Source of the DNA: a virus
Lineage: Duplodnaviria > Caudoviricetes
IMG/VR virus record: IMGVR_UViG_3300025606_000003
Span: 43,036 to 107,035 of that record
Length of the DNA: 64,000 nucleotides
Strand: one strand, 5' to 3'
Numbering within the stretch: the first letter of the stretch is position 1; every line of letters starts with the position of its first letter. Shown here piece after piece: positions 10,140 through 20,050 of this stretch. Both the position numbers and the translations under genes were made by a program. Under the pieces are notes generated by a model. It made no database searches. It saw nothing but the letters and a program-made list of their open reading frames with translations, and was not told where the DNA came from.

Positions 10140-13100
10140 TTAACTTTCGACGATGTGCACCGGGGAGTCGACGTCAAGTTCGCCCCGGCGGTAAGCGTTA
10201 ATTGCGTCCTGCGTGCTGCGATATACCCTGGGCTTAGCTTTTTTATCGATGCGGCTCGAGGCAAGATACACACCGGTCTGATAGTCCGCGTTCGGCACGT
10301 AATGCGCCTTGAAGTTGGATGTTGCAAAAAGGTTTTTGCTGGGAAGCATCTTTTCGACTGCTTCTTTTGCAGCGTCTTCTGTGCTGGGAACGTGATATTG
10401 CATCGCGTCTCCGTCAAAGTCGGCACCAAAACCTTTTGTAATGACCGGATTAACCTCCATGACCTTGTTTTTTGTAAGCTTTGGATAGAACGCCATCATA
10501 CCGTATCGGTGCAGAACCGGCGCACGGTTGATAACGATAGGCCGAGACGACATCTGGGTCTCCAGCTCTGCCATCGCCTGTTTATTGCGGTCTTCGACAG
10601 CCTGCAGCGCCTGCATGCGCGGTAACCCGCGGCGCACTAGCCCGCGCACAACAAACGGCTTGTAAACGGCCCAGGCCTTGTCTTCGGGCAGCGCGACCTC
10701 GTCCATGTTCAGGTCTGGGTTCGGCGTGATCACCGCCCGGCCCACAAGGTCAACCGTGGTGCTGAGCAACTTACGCTGCACGGTGCCGTATTTGGGCGAA
10801 GAGCCAAAAATATGGGACAAGAAGCCTTTCACGCGGCGTTCCTGGTTTTTTGGCTGCGTCGGATCGCCGAGCCCGGTCACGGCTTTCATAGTGTCGTACA
10901 GCGCCAGCCGTTCGTCGCCATAGCTTTCAAGCGCACCAGATGCCTCTTTCAAAGTGCTGTTGGCGTCCAGCAGTTCTTTGTAGAGATAGTTCGCATCGGC
11001 AACCAGGGGCAGTTTTTTATTACCCATTGTGCTGACCGGCCGGAAGAGCGGCGGCAGGACGGGCATTTTTGTCAGCATCCAATCTTTGGGATGCACGCCG
11101 GTCTGCTCTGCGTTCTTCAAGTATCCCAACTTGCGCACCGCAGCGTCGCGCAGGGTCTTCCGGCCGGACTTGATATCTTCGCGCACCTGCTCGAGCATTT
11201 TTGGCAGGTTAATCCGAGATAGCGCGTTTTGAATCGCTTTGGGCCCAGTCTCGTCGTGGATCTTGGCTTCGCCTGCGAGCACGTTCCGGTACTCTTTTTC
11301 AGTCAGCCCAAGCACGCGACGAATAGGCTCTTCCATGACCGGATTCGGCATCGGTTCGTGCAAAGATATCTTTGCCCACCGGTTGCCGCCGTGGCCGCCC
11401 GTAAGTTTTTCGTCGAAGAGGCCGCCAGCAATCGGCTTCAATCGGCCCTTCCAGTCGACGGTTTCAGAATTCTCGATTTCGCGACCGCCCGCCATGTCAT
11501 CGACGTCTTTGTCGGTCAACGCCATGATGTGCGTCTGGCTGCCAGTGCGCACGGTGTTAATACCGGCGCCCTTCAGCTGGTTAACGAACTTTTCGTAGAC
11601 GTGTGGCACCTTGGGCAACGGCGGAGTGTATCCGGCCATAAATTGCGACCAGTACTCTGGGTTTGCTTGGCCGCGCACCATCTTGGCGTCCCGGATTACT
11701 TTTCCAGCGCCGTGCGACAGTAACGCGCCAAGATCCAACATTCCGACGCGTTTAGCACCTTCGCTGCCGCCCTTGGCCGGAGTGCCTTCGGCTGTGTAAC
11801 TACCCATCGCGCGGCCTTGCCCTTTGCCTTCGGCCGTGTGGTGCAGCTTCATAAAGAACCGGGAACCGGTCAGCACGCCTTTGATCTTACGACCGGTTTC
11901 CGGATCAACTACGTCCTCGGTATCAGAGAGGCCGTGCTTCCCAAGCTCTTTTTGAGCGAAATCAACAAGATCAACACTGCCGTCAAAGTCTTTGAGTTTG
12001 AACGGCTGACCCGTTTTGGCTGCAACTTTTCCAAGCGCGGCCTCGATCACCTGCGCGGGATTCACGCGGCTGATAAGTCCAAGCGGGCTGACCAGCACTT
12101 CATACGGACTGCCGTCTTTATCGTGCGGCATCTGATGGTCAGGCACAATATCGGCAACAACGCCTTTGTCGCCGTATCGCCCGGTCAGCTTATCGCCAAC
12201 CTGCATTTCCGCCTGTGTTTTTACGACGACCTGCACACCCTTGTTGGTATGCGCAACGTCGGTCACGATACCGGGCGAATGATGATCCCAGGTTTCCGAC
12301 TCGTTTGAGAAGTTGCCGGCACGCCCGCGGTGCACTTTGCCGTACGTTGTTTCTTTGGCCTTGGCGTGCAGGATTAGCGGATCACCGAACTGCACAACGG
12401 CGCCCTTCTTGATCGCGCCTTTGTCGTCAAAGTTATCAAGCTGCTTTTTGTCGTACTCGCCGGGAAACAACGCAATAAATGCTTTCTTGCCAGCGTGGCT
12501 CGAGTCTGTCCATTCGGCGGCATGCTGATACATGTGCTCGCTGGTCAGCTTGCGCGCTGTGCTTTGACTGATCACAACCGCGTCTTCGTAGTTCTTGCCG
12601 TGATACGGCAAATACGCCACGCGCAAATTTTTACCCAGCGCTGCAGAACCGGCCGGATCTGTAAAGTTTGAGTGCGCCAGCAGCTGCCCCGGTTGAATAA
12701 CGTCGCCAGGCTGCACCGTCGGTGTTTGATGCCAAAACGTTTTCCGATTGAACGGGTGCTCGTTATACAGATCAATATCGTGTTTGTTGCCGTCGCGATC
12801 GCGCAGCACCATTTTGCCAGGTTCAGTTGAAACAACTTGCCCGTGAAATTGCGCGCGTACAGCGCCCAGCTGCTCGCCCATTTCATCTTCGTGCGACGTG
12901 CCGTCTTTGCCGATAATAGCTGACTGCACGTGTGGCGCTTCAGGTCCAACCAGCGGCAGCGCTTGCGTGAACATGCGGCTCGCCATGATCACGCGGTGGC
13001 CCTTCATGTAAGACTTCATCGGCACCATGTTAGACAGCGCCGAAAACGTGTTGTCCATGTGCGGCAGGCTGTACTGTACTTGCTCGCGCGGCATGTACTT

Positions 13101-15548
13101 CATCTTGCCGTTGACCATCGCGGCAATCATGGGCAGCGTGCTTTTTTCTTCGCCCGGAAACGCCAGCGGCAATTCAGCCAGCTCGCCGGGTGTTTTGTAC
13201 GTTGTCTCGCCTGTGCGCGTGTCAATTACGGGTGTGTAGATTTTGCCATCAGCGCCTTTGCGCGCGCCACGAGCAAAGCGCATGTCGACACCGACTTTTC
13301 CGCTGTTGCCGCACCAAAAACCGCAGCCGCCTTTTCGGCGCACGTAAAGCAGGCCGCCGGGCACGGTCGCGCAATACACCAGGCCGTCGTACTGTTGCCG
13401 GAAATAATGGCATTCGCCCTTGGGCGTATTCGGCAGCACTTGATGGCTAGTCTGTTTGTGTACGTGCACGACCCAGCAGCCGCCGACCGCTGCGTGAGGG
13501 CGCTTGTCGCGCTCGAACACGACTTTGCATGAATAACCCAGCCCAAAAGCCAGCCGCTCAAAATCAAGCGCGAGCTGGTGGCTGGCAGTGCAAAAACAAG
13601 TTCTTTCGCCGCGCTTGTTCTTGCGCCCTTCACTTTTCATCAGCGCGTCAAACAACCGAAAGCGGGCAGAAACCGGCGCATCCAAGAACTCTTCTGGGAT
13701 CCAGCGGCCCGGGCTGCCGTGGAATTGCTTGAAATACGCCGCAACTTGTTTTGTCGCGATCGAAAACGCCTTGCCGTGATAACCCCACTTAAACGGCAAG
13801 CGGCTCAACAACGCGCGGATTTGGTCGCAGTTTTCCGGATTGTGCTTTTGGCACTGCGTGATCTTAATCTGAAATTGCGACTTCTCCGGGCGATACACGC
13901 AGCTGCCCTCGCCCAAATACCAGCCGAGCAGTTCTGCCCAATCGTCCAACAAAACGTTGCCGACGACAACCCGGTTATTGCTCTCGTAAACCGGCGCCGG
14001 AATGCTAAACACGGCGGCAGAAACGCCGCTGTACGGGTCAAAACCGGCAGAAAGAACACCGCGAAACTTCAAGTGTGTCGTTTCGGCGGATTCGATTTTG
14101 TACGGCGCGCCTTCGTAAAGCGAGCGCACATACATCCGGTGATTCGGCGTCACAAGATAGTTAATCTTGCCGGTAGCAGCGCCGTACATTTCGCCGACGT
14201 AGCGCGATTCGTGCAACTTTTCTGCCTTGTGGAACTCGAGCTGCCCGGCGACCAGGCAGGCAAACTCGTCTCGCTCGGTGACGTCTGGCCACTTTTTCCA
14301 GCCACCGCGCGTCATAACCTCGGTTTGACTGTCGTAGCACTCGGGCGTGCGCAAGAAATCCACAAAACCAAGATGACTCGGCTGTACGCTGCGCGATTCT
14401 TGCGGCACGGCGTCAAGCGACCCGATGCCGCCTTCGCCCATGCGGGTCACGCGGGATTGATGATCGAAAATCTCGGCCGGATTGATTTCTTCAAGCGAGC
14501 TGCCCAACCCAGAGCCAATCAACGCAGCGCTGATGCCCTTGTTGAACACGCCAGTCGGAAGCCGATCAAGATTTTTCTTGGCGGTTGCTTTCCAGAGAAT
14601 CTGCCGCAACGTCTGCCGATCTTTTGTAAACCGCTCGGCGATCAAATCTTCCGGACCCACAACAGATTGGTACGCCATGGCGTCGCGATCGTCCGGGTCG
14701 GCTTCTTTGCGATTGAGCGCGATGAGCTTCTTAGTGATCGCCAGAATTGCGTCCGGCGTAAGATTTTTGTATTCAGCGCCGAGCGTGCGCCGCGTGACAT
14801 CTGGATCCATTTCCATGCGCGCAAATTCGTCGGCGATGGCTTTTTGTTTGCCGGCCGCGTCAATGCCCGGCACTGGTTTGTACACAAGTCGCTGGTACAG
14901 TTTGTCTAACGTGCCCGCGTCGCCTTTCTGCATATTGACGGCTGTAATGTCGTTGCCCCACGCAGCACGAATATCCTGATCGTGCGCGCCCATGGCTTTC
15001 AACAATGGCAACAGCGGAATTTTGGCCTGCCCAATATTGATGTTGAGCACGCCGGTTTTTGGATCCAAAAAGTAACGGTGCATGCGTCCTTTGCCAGGAA
15101 GCACATTGACGTGGGCTTCCAGCTCGCCGTTATCTTTTTCACGGGTGTAGACGCCGGGCTTCAGCCGCATCTGGTGTGCCAGCGTGTATTCAACACCGCG
15201 GTTCACAAACGTGCCAGAATCCGTGAGATACGGCACATGCGCCAGTGTTGTTTGCCGGCGGGCGATTGGCTGGCCCGTCACATTGTCGGTAAGCGACCAC
15301 GTGCCGGTCATACGCCGGTGCATAGAGTTACCGGTCAAAATAGCCGTCTTTTGATCAGCCTTGGTAAAACGCTCCGGCCCCGTGTACTTCACATCATGAA
15401 GCTGGAGCGTATAGAGATCGTTTTTAACCGGCTCAAGCGACGACGCACTGCGGAGCGCGCTGTCAAAGATGTTGTTACGCAGCGAACTGATGTCGCCAAA
15501 CGCGCGCATTTGCGGCGCCGGAGAACCTGGAAGCATCGAGTCTGGCAT
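10140..15548 (-). CDS. Phage RNA polymerase beta / beta'-N fusion subunit, intein-containing
   Basis: Beta motifs (SRVTRMGEGG, GKNLRVAY..NYEDAVVIS, GDKLTGRYGDKGVV, MKLHH) run into beta' motifs (GGLFDEKLTG, VLPPLFRP, GRAVITP, NRAPVLHR, catalytic GADFDGD). Confidence 0.92.
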   Translation of the reverse strand: MPDSMLPGSPAPQMRAFGDISSLRNNIFDSALRSASSLEPVKNDLYTLQLHDVKYTGPERFTKADQKTAILTGNSMHRRMTGTWSLTDNVTGQPIARRQTTLAHVPYLTDSGTFVNRGVEYTLAHQMRLKPGVYTREKDNGELEAHVNVLPGKGRMHRYFLDPKTGVLNINIGQAKIPLLPLLKAMGAHDQDIRAAWGNDITAVNMQKGDAGTLDKLYQRLVYKPVPGIDAAGKQKAIADEFARMEMDPDVTRRTLGAEYKNLTPDAILAITKKLIALNRKEADPDDRDAMAYQSVVGPEDLIAERFTKDRQTLRQILWKATAKKNLDRLPTGVFNKGISAALIGSGLGSSLEEINPAEIFDHQSRVTRMGEGGIGSLDAVPQESRSVQPSHLGFVDFLRTPECYDSQTEVMTRGGWKKWPDVTERDEFACLVAGQLEFHKAEKLHESRYVGEMYGAATGKINYLVTPNHRMYVRSLYEGAPYKIESAETTHLKFRGVLSAGFDPYSGVSAAVFSIPAPVYESNNRVVVGNVLLDDWAELLGWYLGEGSCVYRPEKSQFQIKITQCQKHNPENCDQIRALLSRLPFKWGYHGKAFSIATKQVAAYFKQFHGSPGRWIPEEFLDAPVSARFRLFDALMKSEGRKNKRGERTCFCTASHQLALDFERLAFGLGYSCKVVFERDKRPHAAVGGCWVVHVHKQTSHQVLPNTPKGECHYFRQQYDGLVYCATVPGGLLYVRRKGGCGFWCGNSGKVGVDMRFARGARKGADGKIYTPVIDTRTGETTYKTPGELAELPLAFPGEEKSTLPMIAAMVNGKMKYMPREQVQYSLPHMDNTFSALSNMVPMKSYMKGHRVIMASRMFTQALPLVGPEAPHVQSAIIGKDGTSHEDEMGEQLGAVRAQFHGQVVSTEPGKMVLRDRDGNKHDIDLYNEHPFNRKTFWHQTPTVQPGDVIQPGQLLAHSNFTDPAGSAALGKNLRVAYLPYHGKNYEDAVVISQSTARKLTSEHMYQHAAEWTDSSHAGKKAFIALFPGEYDKKQLDNFDDKGAIKKGAVVQFGDPLILHAKAKETTYGKVHRGRAGNFSNESETWDHHSPGIVTDVAHTNKGVQVVVKTQAEMQVGDKLTGRYGDKGVVADIVPDHQMPHDKDGSPYEVLVSPLGLISRVNPAQVIEAALGKVAAKTGQPFKLKDFDGSVDLVDFAQKELGKHGLSDTEDVVDPETGRKIKGVLTGSRFFMKLHHTAEGKGQGRAMGSYTAEGTPAKGGSEGAKRVGMLDLGALLSHGAGKVIRDAKMVRGQANPEYWSQFMAGYTPPLPKVPHVYEKFVNQLKGAGINTVRTGSQTHIMALTDKDVDDMAGGREIENSETVDWKGRLKPIAGGLFDEKLTGGHGGNRWAKISLHEPMPNPVMEEPIRRVLGLTEKEYRNVLAGEAKIHDETGPKAIQNALSRINLPKMLEQVREDIKSGRKTLRDAAVRKLGYLKNAEQTGVHPKDWMLTKMPVLPPLFRPVSTMGNKKLPLVADANYLYKELLDANSTLKEASGALESYGDERLALYDTMKAVTGLGDPTQPKNQERRVKGFLSHIFGSSPKYGTVQRKLLSTTVDLVGRAVITPNPDLNMDEVALPEDKAWAVYKPFVVRGLVRRGLPRMQALQAVEDRNKQAMAELETQMSSRPIVINRAPVLHRYGMMAFYPKLTKNKVMEVNPVITKGFGADFDGDAMQYHVPSTEDAAKEAVEKMLPSKNLFATSNFKAHYVPNADYQTGVYLASSRIDKKAKPRVYRSTQDAINAYRRGELDVDSPVHIVES
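13305..14339 (-). mobile_element. Intein (345 aa) with LAGLIDADG-type homing endonuclease
   Basis: RTPE|CYDSQTEVMT start; block B VTPNHRM; LLGWYLGEG and LFDALMKSEG; block F VYCATVPGG; ends WCGN|S; removal restores RTPE-SGKVG. Confidence 0.88.
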
Positions 15549-15553
15549 GTCGA

Positions 15554-16387
15554 TTACTCATGTGTCGGCTGCGTGGCCATCTGCTTAATCTGCGCCAGCT
15601 GATCGGGATCAACGTACACGTCAGGCAATCCGCGCATCCGCGCTCGGCTAGCCCGCGCCTTCGCAACGTTTTCGCCGCGCGTGCGCTCTGCTGTGCGATC
15701 GTACATGTACTTTCCGCCAACACCGGCAGCGGCAAGAGACGCCAGTACTTGCGTCGTCGCGACGCCGTGCGGCACGGTGTTGGTCAAAAAGTTCCACGGC
15801 ACGCTGAGCACGTCTGTAATGCTCGGCGCGGCCCACTTTTCATATACGGCGTCAAGCGCGGCCGCAGACTTGTCTTGTCCGCTGAGAATGGCGTAATAGC
15901 GCTGGCGTTCTTTTTCAACCTCATCCTTGGCTTCTTGCTTGTCTTTGTGCTTCACAATGGAATTGACCAGCGCCCCACCACCTAAAACGCCGCCGCCCAA
16001 AGCGCCAAAATTCATCGCCGTACCGAAAGCGTCCCGATACAGGTTGGGCATATACGAGCCAAGTTCGTCGCCCGACCGCAACCCAACCGGGCTAAAGATC
16101 GTGTCGGAAATACGCCCCGGAACAGAGCCAATCAAACTGGCGATATTGTTGTAAACGTTTTCAGTAGTTGAGCTAGCCGTCTTGACGTCTGGGGCCGCAA
16201 GCGTGGGTGCACCCGGGGCAAAATCCTGATAGCTAGTTTCTTTCTTGTTGGCCGGCTTCAACGCTCGAATAAGCTGCCACAGCGCCATACCGCCGACGCC
16301 GACACCAGCGCCGGTCGCCAGGTTTGTCAAAACCTGTTTGCCTAATGCGGCCTCGTCAAACGCAGCTGTTTTGTTTGCTGTAGTCAT
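15554..16387 (-). CDS. Putative internal virion protein with three Gly-zipper hydrophobic segments
   Basis: K-x-A motifs (NKTAA, VKTAS, DKSAA, EKWAA) precede Gly-rich hydrophobic helices. Confidence 0.65.
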   Translation of the reverse strand: MTTANKTAAFDEAALGKQVLTNLATGAGVGVGGMALWQLIRALKPANKKETSYQDFAPGAPTLAAPDVKTASSTTENVYNNIASLIGSVPGRISDTIFSPVGLRSGDELGSYMPNLYRDAFGTAMNFGALGGGVLGGGALVNSIVKHKDKQEAKDEVEKERQRYYAILSGQDKSAAALDAVYEKWAAPSITDVLSVPWNFLTNTVPHGVATTQVLASLAAAGVGGKYMYDRTAERTRGENVAKARASRARMRGLPDVYVDPDQLAQIKQMATQPTHE

Positions 16388-16392
16388 AGTTG

Positions 16393-16740
16393 TCACTTTG
16401 GCGGCAGCATTCCGTACACCTGAAACCATTCCAGCCAGGCGCGGTAATGTTTTTTTTCTTCATCCCAGTTGTCATTACGACGCACAAGCCTGTACCAGCC
16501 ATTGACTATTTTATCATTCACGTCGTCAAACTCGGCTTTTTGGGCGTCGTCCCAAAGCTCAAACATTTTTGACTTAAAGTCCAGCCGAAGATCGAGATTA
16601 TCAAGCTCGGCCTGCTTGAGATCGGGCTGGGGGCCCGGGCGTTTCAGCACAGGGAAGCCGTCTGGCGTACCGGGCCAATTCAACTGCGCGCCGCCGTGCG
16701 CCGGGCCGCCTAATTCACCGTAGTACTTGTGCATGCTCAT
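16393..16740 (-). CDS. Hypothetical protein
   Basis: 115 aa ORF in operon. Confidence 0.7.
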   Translation of the reverse strand: MSMHKYYGELGGPAHGGAQLNWPGTPDGFPVLKRPGPQPDLKQAELDNLDLRLDFKSKMFELWDDAQKAEFDDVNDKIVNGWYRLVRRNDNWDEEKKHYRAWLEWFQVYGMLPPK

Positions 16741-16750
16741 AATTTACGCC

Positions 16751-17125
16751 TTACATGGCAGATCGGTACTGCTTCGACTTCCTGTGCGCTTGCAGCCGGT
16801 CGGCGTAAACGCGGTACGTGTGCGCCAGCTCTTGAGCTTTCACCTGATCTTCGTCAATTTTTGGCTCGAGCATCTTTGCCGCACCCCAACCCCCCGCGGC
16901 GCCGGCAGTTAAACCTCCAGCGACGGGCAACCAGTACAGCGCGTTCATTGCGGACGGCGCAAATTTACTGGTAGTACTCATCGCAGCCCGTAGTGTTGCC
17001 AACGCCGTAAGCGGATTGACAGCGACTTTTTCAAGCCGGGCTGTTAACTGGTCGCCTGTAAGGCGCTCTTCCGCACACCGAGTCAAAAAACCTAACTTGA
17101 AAGCTTCTTTAGCGGCGTCAGACAT
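16751..17125 (-). CDS. Putative virion protein with Gly-zipper
   Basis: AFKLGFL...LEKVA leader, then AGGLTAGAAGGWGAA. Confidence 0.65.
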   Translation of the reverse strand: MSDAAKEAFKLGFLTRCAEERLTGDQLTARLEKVAVNPLTALATLRAAMSTTSKFAPSAMNALYWLPVAGGLTAGAAGGWGAAKMLEPKIDEDQVKAQELAHTYRVYADRLQAHRKSKQYRSAM

Positions 17126-17613
17126 CAGAAATCTCCCGGCAAAATGAGTTTTTTAGGCTGCGCGCCCAGCGTGAAATCAGGCATGACGTGTTTGCCGGTA
17201 TTTTGCCCCAGCGGCAGCGCACCAGGCGCGGCGGTCTTAAAGTTGGCTGCCGCGGCCAAAGACACGCGGCTCCGACTGTGCGGGCGGTGTCGCGCAAACC
17301 AGGCTGCGACCTCGGGGTCGTCGCGATCGCCTTGTTCTTTAGCCTCTTTGCAGCACGCCACCATGTTCTCAATTGCCTGCTGTAACTCCAAACGGTCGGA
17401 AACAATCCAAGCGCGCCCAGGATTGCTAATTGCCTGCTGCCGCAGCCTTCCCGCTTCGTCGGAAATGGCTTTTGCTCGCAAAAGAAACTCTTTTCGCGTC
17501 AAAACGAAAAAAGAGCCGTCGTCTTCGTCGTGCAAGCAGACAAAACCGTTGCGGGCGTAAAACTTCAGGCCGCGAAACGTGTAACATTTTCCCGTGACAT
17601 CAGCGACAGGCAT
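17125..17613 (-). CDS. Hypothetical protein
   Basis: 162 aa ORF, stop overlaps next start. Confidence 0.7.
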   Translation of the reverse strand: MPVADVTGKCYTFRGLKFYARNGFVCLHDEDDGSFFVLTRKEFLLRAKAISDEAGRLRQQAISNPGRAWIVSDRLELQQAIENMVACCKEAKEQGDRDDPEVAAWFARHRPHSRSRVSLAAAANFKTAAPGALPLGQNTGKHVMPDFTLGAQPKKLILPGDF

Positions 17614-17622
17614 AAAACACCT

Positions 17623-18015
17623 TTAGTTGCCAAGTTTTCCGGGCGGGCACTTACCGTCCGGGCAATTTGCGGGCAACGTAGTAGCCGGCACGCTTTGCAC
17701 GGGAGCAGCGCGGAAGAGCGCAGGGGCCGGCGGCATTTCGCGCAGGGGAAGCGTCGTAACTGGCAGCACGCGCCCAGTCCCTTTACACGGTTTACATGTG
17801 TTCATGACAATCCCGTCGCCGACTTTTCCGACTCCGTTGCAGTTGGGGCAGATGTCGCCGGGCTGCGGGATTGTTTTGTCGGGCGTACTAGGAAGCAGAG
17901 TAGCATAAGCAGCCTCTGCAGCGACCACGGCGACATAATCTTTCGCGGGCGCTTGTGCATTGGCTGTACCCGCGGCAGCTGGCGCTGAAAACAACAAAAA
18001 AAGCCATTCAAACAT
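17623..18015 (-). CDS. Secreted protein with DnaJ-type Zn-finger
   Basis: Signal peptide; CPNCNGVG and CKPCKGTG; C-terminal CPDGKC. Confidence 0.7.
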   Translation of the reverse strand: MFEWLFLLFSAPAAAGTANAQAPAKDYVAVVAAEAAYATLLPSTPDKTIPQPGDICPNCNGVGKVGDGIVMNTCKPCKGTGRVLPVTTLPLREMPPAPALFRAAPVQSVPATTLPANCPDGKCPPGKLGN

Positions 18016-18026
18016 GGGCCTGCTCC

Positions 18027-19052
18027 TTAAATGTTACCAAGTGCGCCATAACTCTTGAGCTTCTTCCGGGGCCAGCCGTTTACGCCGGAAAACGCAATCA
18101 TGTCTCGGTTTTTGATGTCCGACCATTTCACCCAAAATGCGCCAGTTGGAATGTCGATAAACGTGCCAAAAATGCGTTTACCACCCTCGTTCCAATCGCC
18201 CCAACTTTGCTGCAACATTACAAGCGGCCCGCCGTACAGCTTGTGAATCTCCGGCCGGTCGTCACAGGCCAGGTAGGCCATGGCGTGTCCCCAAGAGCCT
18301 TTGCGCGAGCTGACGCCGTTTGCGTCACGCTGGTCAGAAAAGCCCTCGCTGCCACACGAGCTTACGGCATAACCGTTCGCCAGCATGTCGCGCAGCTCTT
18401 CAAAGCTGTTCAGCACGGTGGCTGTGCGCAGCAGATGGTTCTTGCCAATCTCGAGCCAGCTGGCGGGCGGAGCACTCCCGCCGTACCTGCCCGCGTTCCG
18501 GGAGCTGTACTCTGTGAGATCCAGGCCAATCTCGGGATAGTCCTTGCGCAGCCACAGGCCGGATTTCTTAATCGCGACCTGCGCCGCGTCAGAACAAAAC
18601 CAGCCGTCGCCGGAGTGCCCGCGGAAGTTGTAAAACGCCTCGGTACTGAGCACGCCGCTGGCGATGCCCCTAGCGCTAACCTCGGGCGCGCCTTCCAGCT
18701 TGCCGGTCACTTCGTCGGGCTTGGCGCTGGTGATCTCCGCGCACATGGTGCCTAAGCACGCATTGCGGGTCGACCAGCTGACGCAGTCGCCGCGACCCTG
18801 TGCGCCGCCCGGCAGGCAGCCCGGATAGAGCGCGTAGATCTCTCGAAAGAGCAGCGTGAGCTTGTTTTTGCCGGTTTCTTCCAGGCCGAACTGCGAGCAG
18901 GCTATCGCCCCCTCGGGCACGCCGCCGTCCGCTGCGATCATGGCCTTCAGCGCGGCGATACGCTCGGGATCGCAAGAAGCACCGATGAAGCCGTCTTCAT
19001 ACGCCTTGCGAATATCGACGACAGAGTTGAAAAACACCGGTTCGTTGGCCAT
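18027..19052 (-). CDS. Papain-like (C1-type) cysteine peptidase
   Basis: Q-G-R-G-D-C-V-S-W nucleophile motif, GHAMAYL His motif, QQSWG. Confidence 0.8.
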   Translation of the reverse strand: MANEPVFFNSVVDIRKAYEDGFIGASCDPERIAALKAMIAADGGVPEGAIACSQFGLEETGKNKLTLLFREIYALYPGCLPGGAQGRGDCVSWSTRNACLGTMCAEITSAKPDEVTGKLEGAPEVSARGIASGVLSTEAFYNFRGHSGDGWFCSDAAQVAIKKSGLWLRKDYPEIGLDLTEYSSRNAGRYGGSAPPASWLEIGKNHLLRTATVLNSFEELRDMLANGYAVSSCGSEGFSDQRDANGVSSRKGSWGHAMAYLACDDRPEIHKLYGGPLVMLQQSWGDWNEGGKRIFGTFIDIPTGAFWVKWSDIKNRDMIAFSGVNGWPRKKLKSYGALGNI

Positions 19053-19072
19053 GACTCCCTCCGTGGAGCGGC

Positions 19073-19108
19073 AGAAAGGCCGGCGCAGGGGTTACCTGCG
19101 CCGGCCTC
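19073..19108 (-). terminator. Intrinsic terminator-like hairpin
   Basis: AGGCCGGCGCAGG/CCTGCGCCGGCCT stem followed by TTTCT on the minus strand. Confidence 0.6.
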
Positions 19109-19117
19109 TCATAGATA

Positions 19118-19555
19118 TCAAACCTCGTCGGACGGGCGCTCGGACACCAGCGTCACGCTAAACGAGCCCGGCGTCGAGGGCCGGAGCGTGTCGGACGCCA
19201 CGAACTCGACCACCGCCGGCTCCGAGTAGTTCCCGGCGTCGTCCACGTCGACCAGCGACAGCACGACGTTCGAGTTCTGCGCAACCTCGATCGTGCCCAG
19301 ATCCGTCGCCGCGCCCTCGTACGACTTCGAGCCCTCGGAAACCCCGTCTACGGTCACCGTCAGCTGCCGGGAAACCACGTCATGGTCGACCGGAGCGCCC
19401 ACCGTCACCTGATACGTCAAAACATCAGCCATAGGACTTTTTCCTTTCTGGGAAACCATCAACAACACAGGCCGCGAAACAGTTGGTCGTTTGTTGAGCC
19501 ACGCGAAGCAGATAAGCAACAGCAGCGCGGCAAGAACTGTAAATAACTTAAGCAT
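19118..19555 (-). CDS. Membrane-anchored Fn3/Ig-like protein
   Basis: N-terminal hydrophobic anchor; DVDDAGNYSEP Fn3-like terminal strand. Confidence 0.55.
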   Translation of the reverse strand: MLKLFTVLAALLLLICFAWLNKRPTVSRPVLLMVSQKGKSPMADVLTYQVTVGAPVDHDVVSRQLTVTVDGVSEGSKSYEGAATDLGTIEVAQNSNVVLSLVDVDDAGNYSEPAVVEFVASDTLRPSTPGSFSVTLVSERPSDEV

Positions 19556-19567
19556 GCTAACATAACC

Positions 19568-20050
19568 TCACTGCGCAGAAGCCGCCACAATGTCGCACGC
19601 CTCAATGATCAGCGCTTTCGTCTTCTCGTCAGCTGGCACGACTTCTTTGTCTTTACCGAGCTTGGACTCAAACACAGCCTCGATCGCTGTGTCCAGATCT
19701 TCGTATTTACCCTGAAGCGCCGTGTCGCCGATGGCAAGATTCAGGTGGTTCGCGTGCAACAGCTCCCACTGCTCGGTGGTCTTGATCAGCTTTTCTTTGT
19801 CTCGGCGCACAATGTCCGCGAGCGCCCGGTACAGCCCGTTGATGTGCGCCTTGTCAGCCGCGGGGGCCTTCGCCAAGATCTCGACGATCTTGGGATCCGC
19901 CGGCACAGTTGGCGCTGGCGCGGGCGCGGGGGCCGGCGTCACAGGCTTCGCCGGACGCGCAAACTGCGGCCCGTGCGGAAACACAATCGATACCGCCAGC
20001 AGCAGCCCGGCGAGCCAGACCAGCGGCGCAGCAGAGTTCTTCTTGATCAT
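19568..20050 (-). CDS. Membrane-anchored helical protein
   Basis: N-terminal TM, Pro-Ala linker, helical domain. Confidence 0.65.
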   Translation of the reverse strand: MIKKNSAAPLVWLAGLLLAVSIVFPHGPQFARPAKPVTPAPAPAPAPTVPADPKIVEILAKAPAADKAHINGLYRALADIVRRDKEKLIKTTEQWELLHANHLNLAIGDTALQGKYEDLDTAIEAVFESKLGKDKEVVPADEKTKALIIEACDIVAASAQ

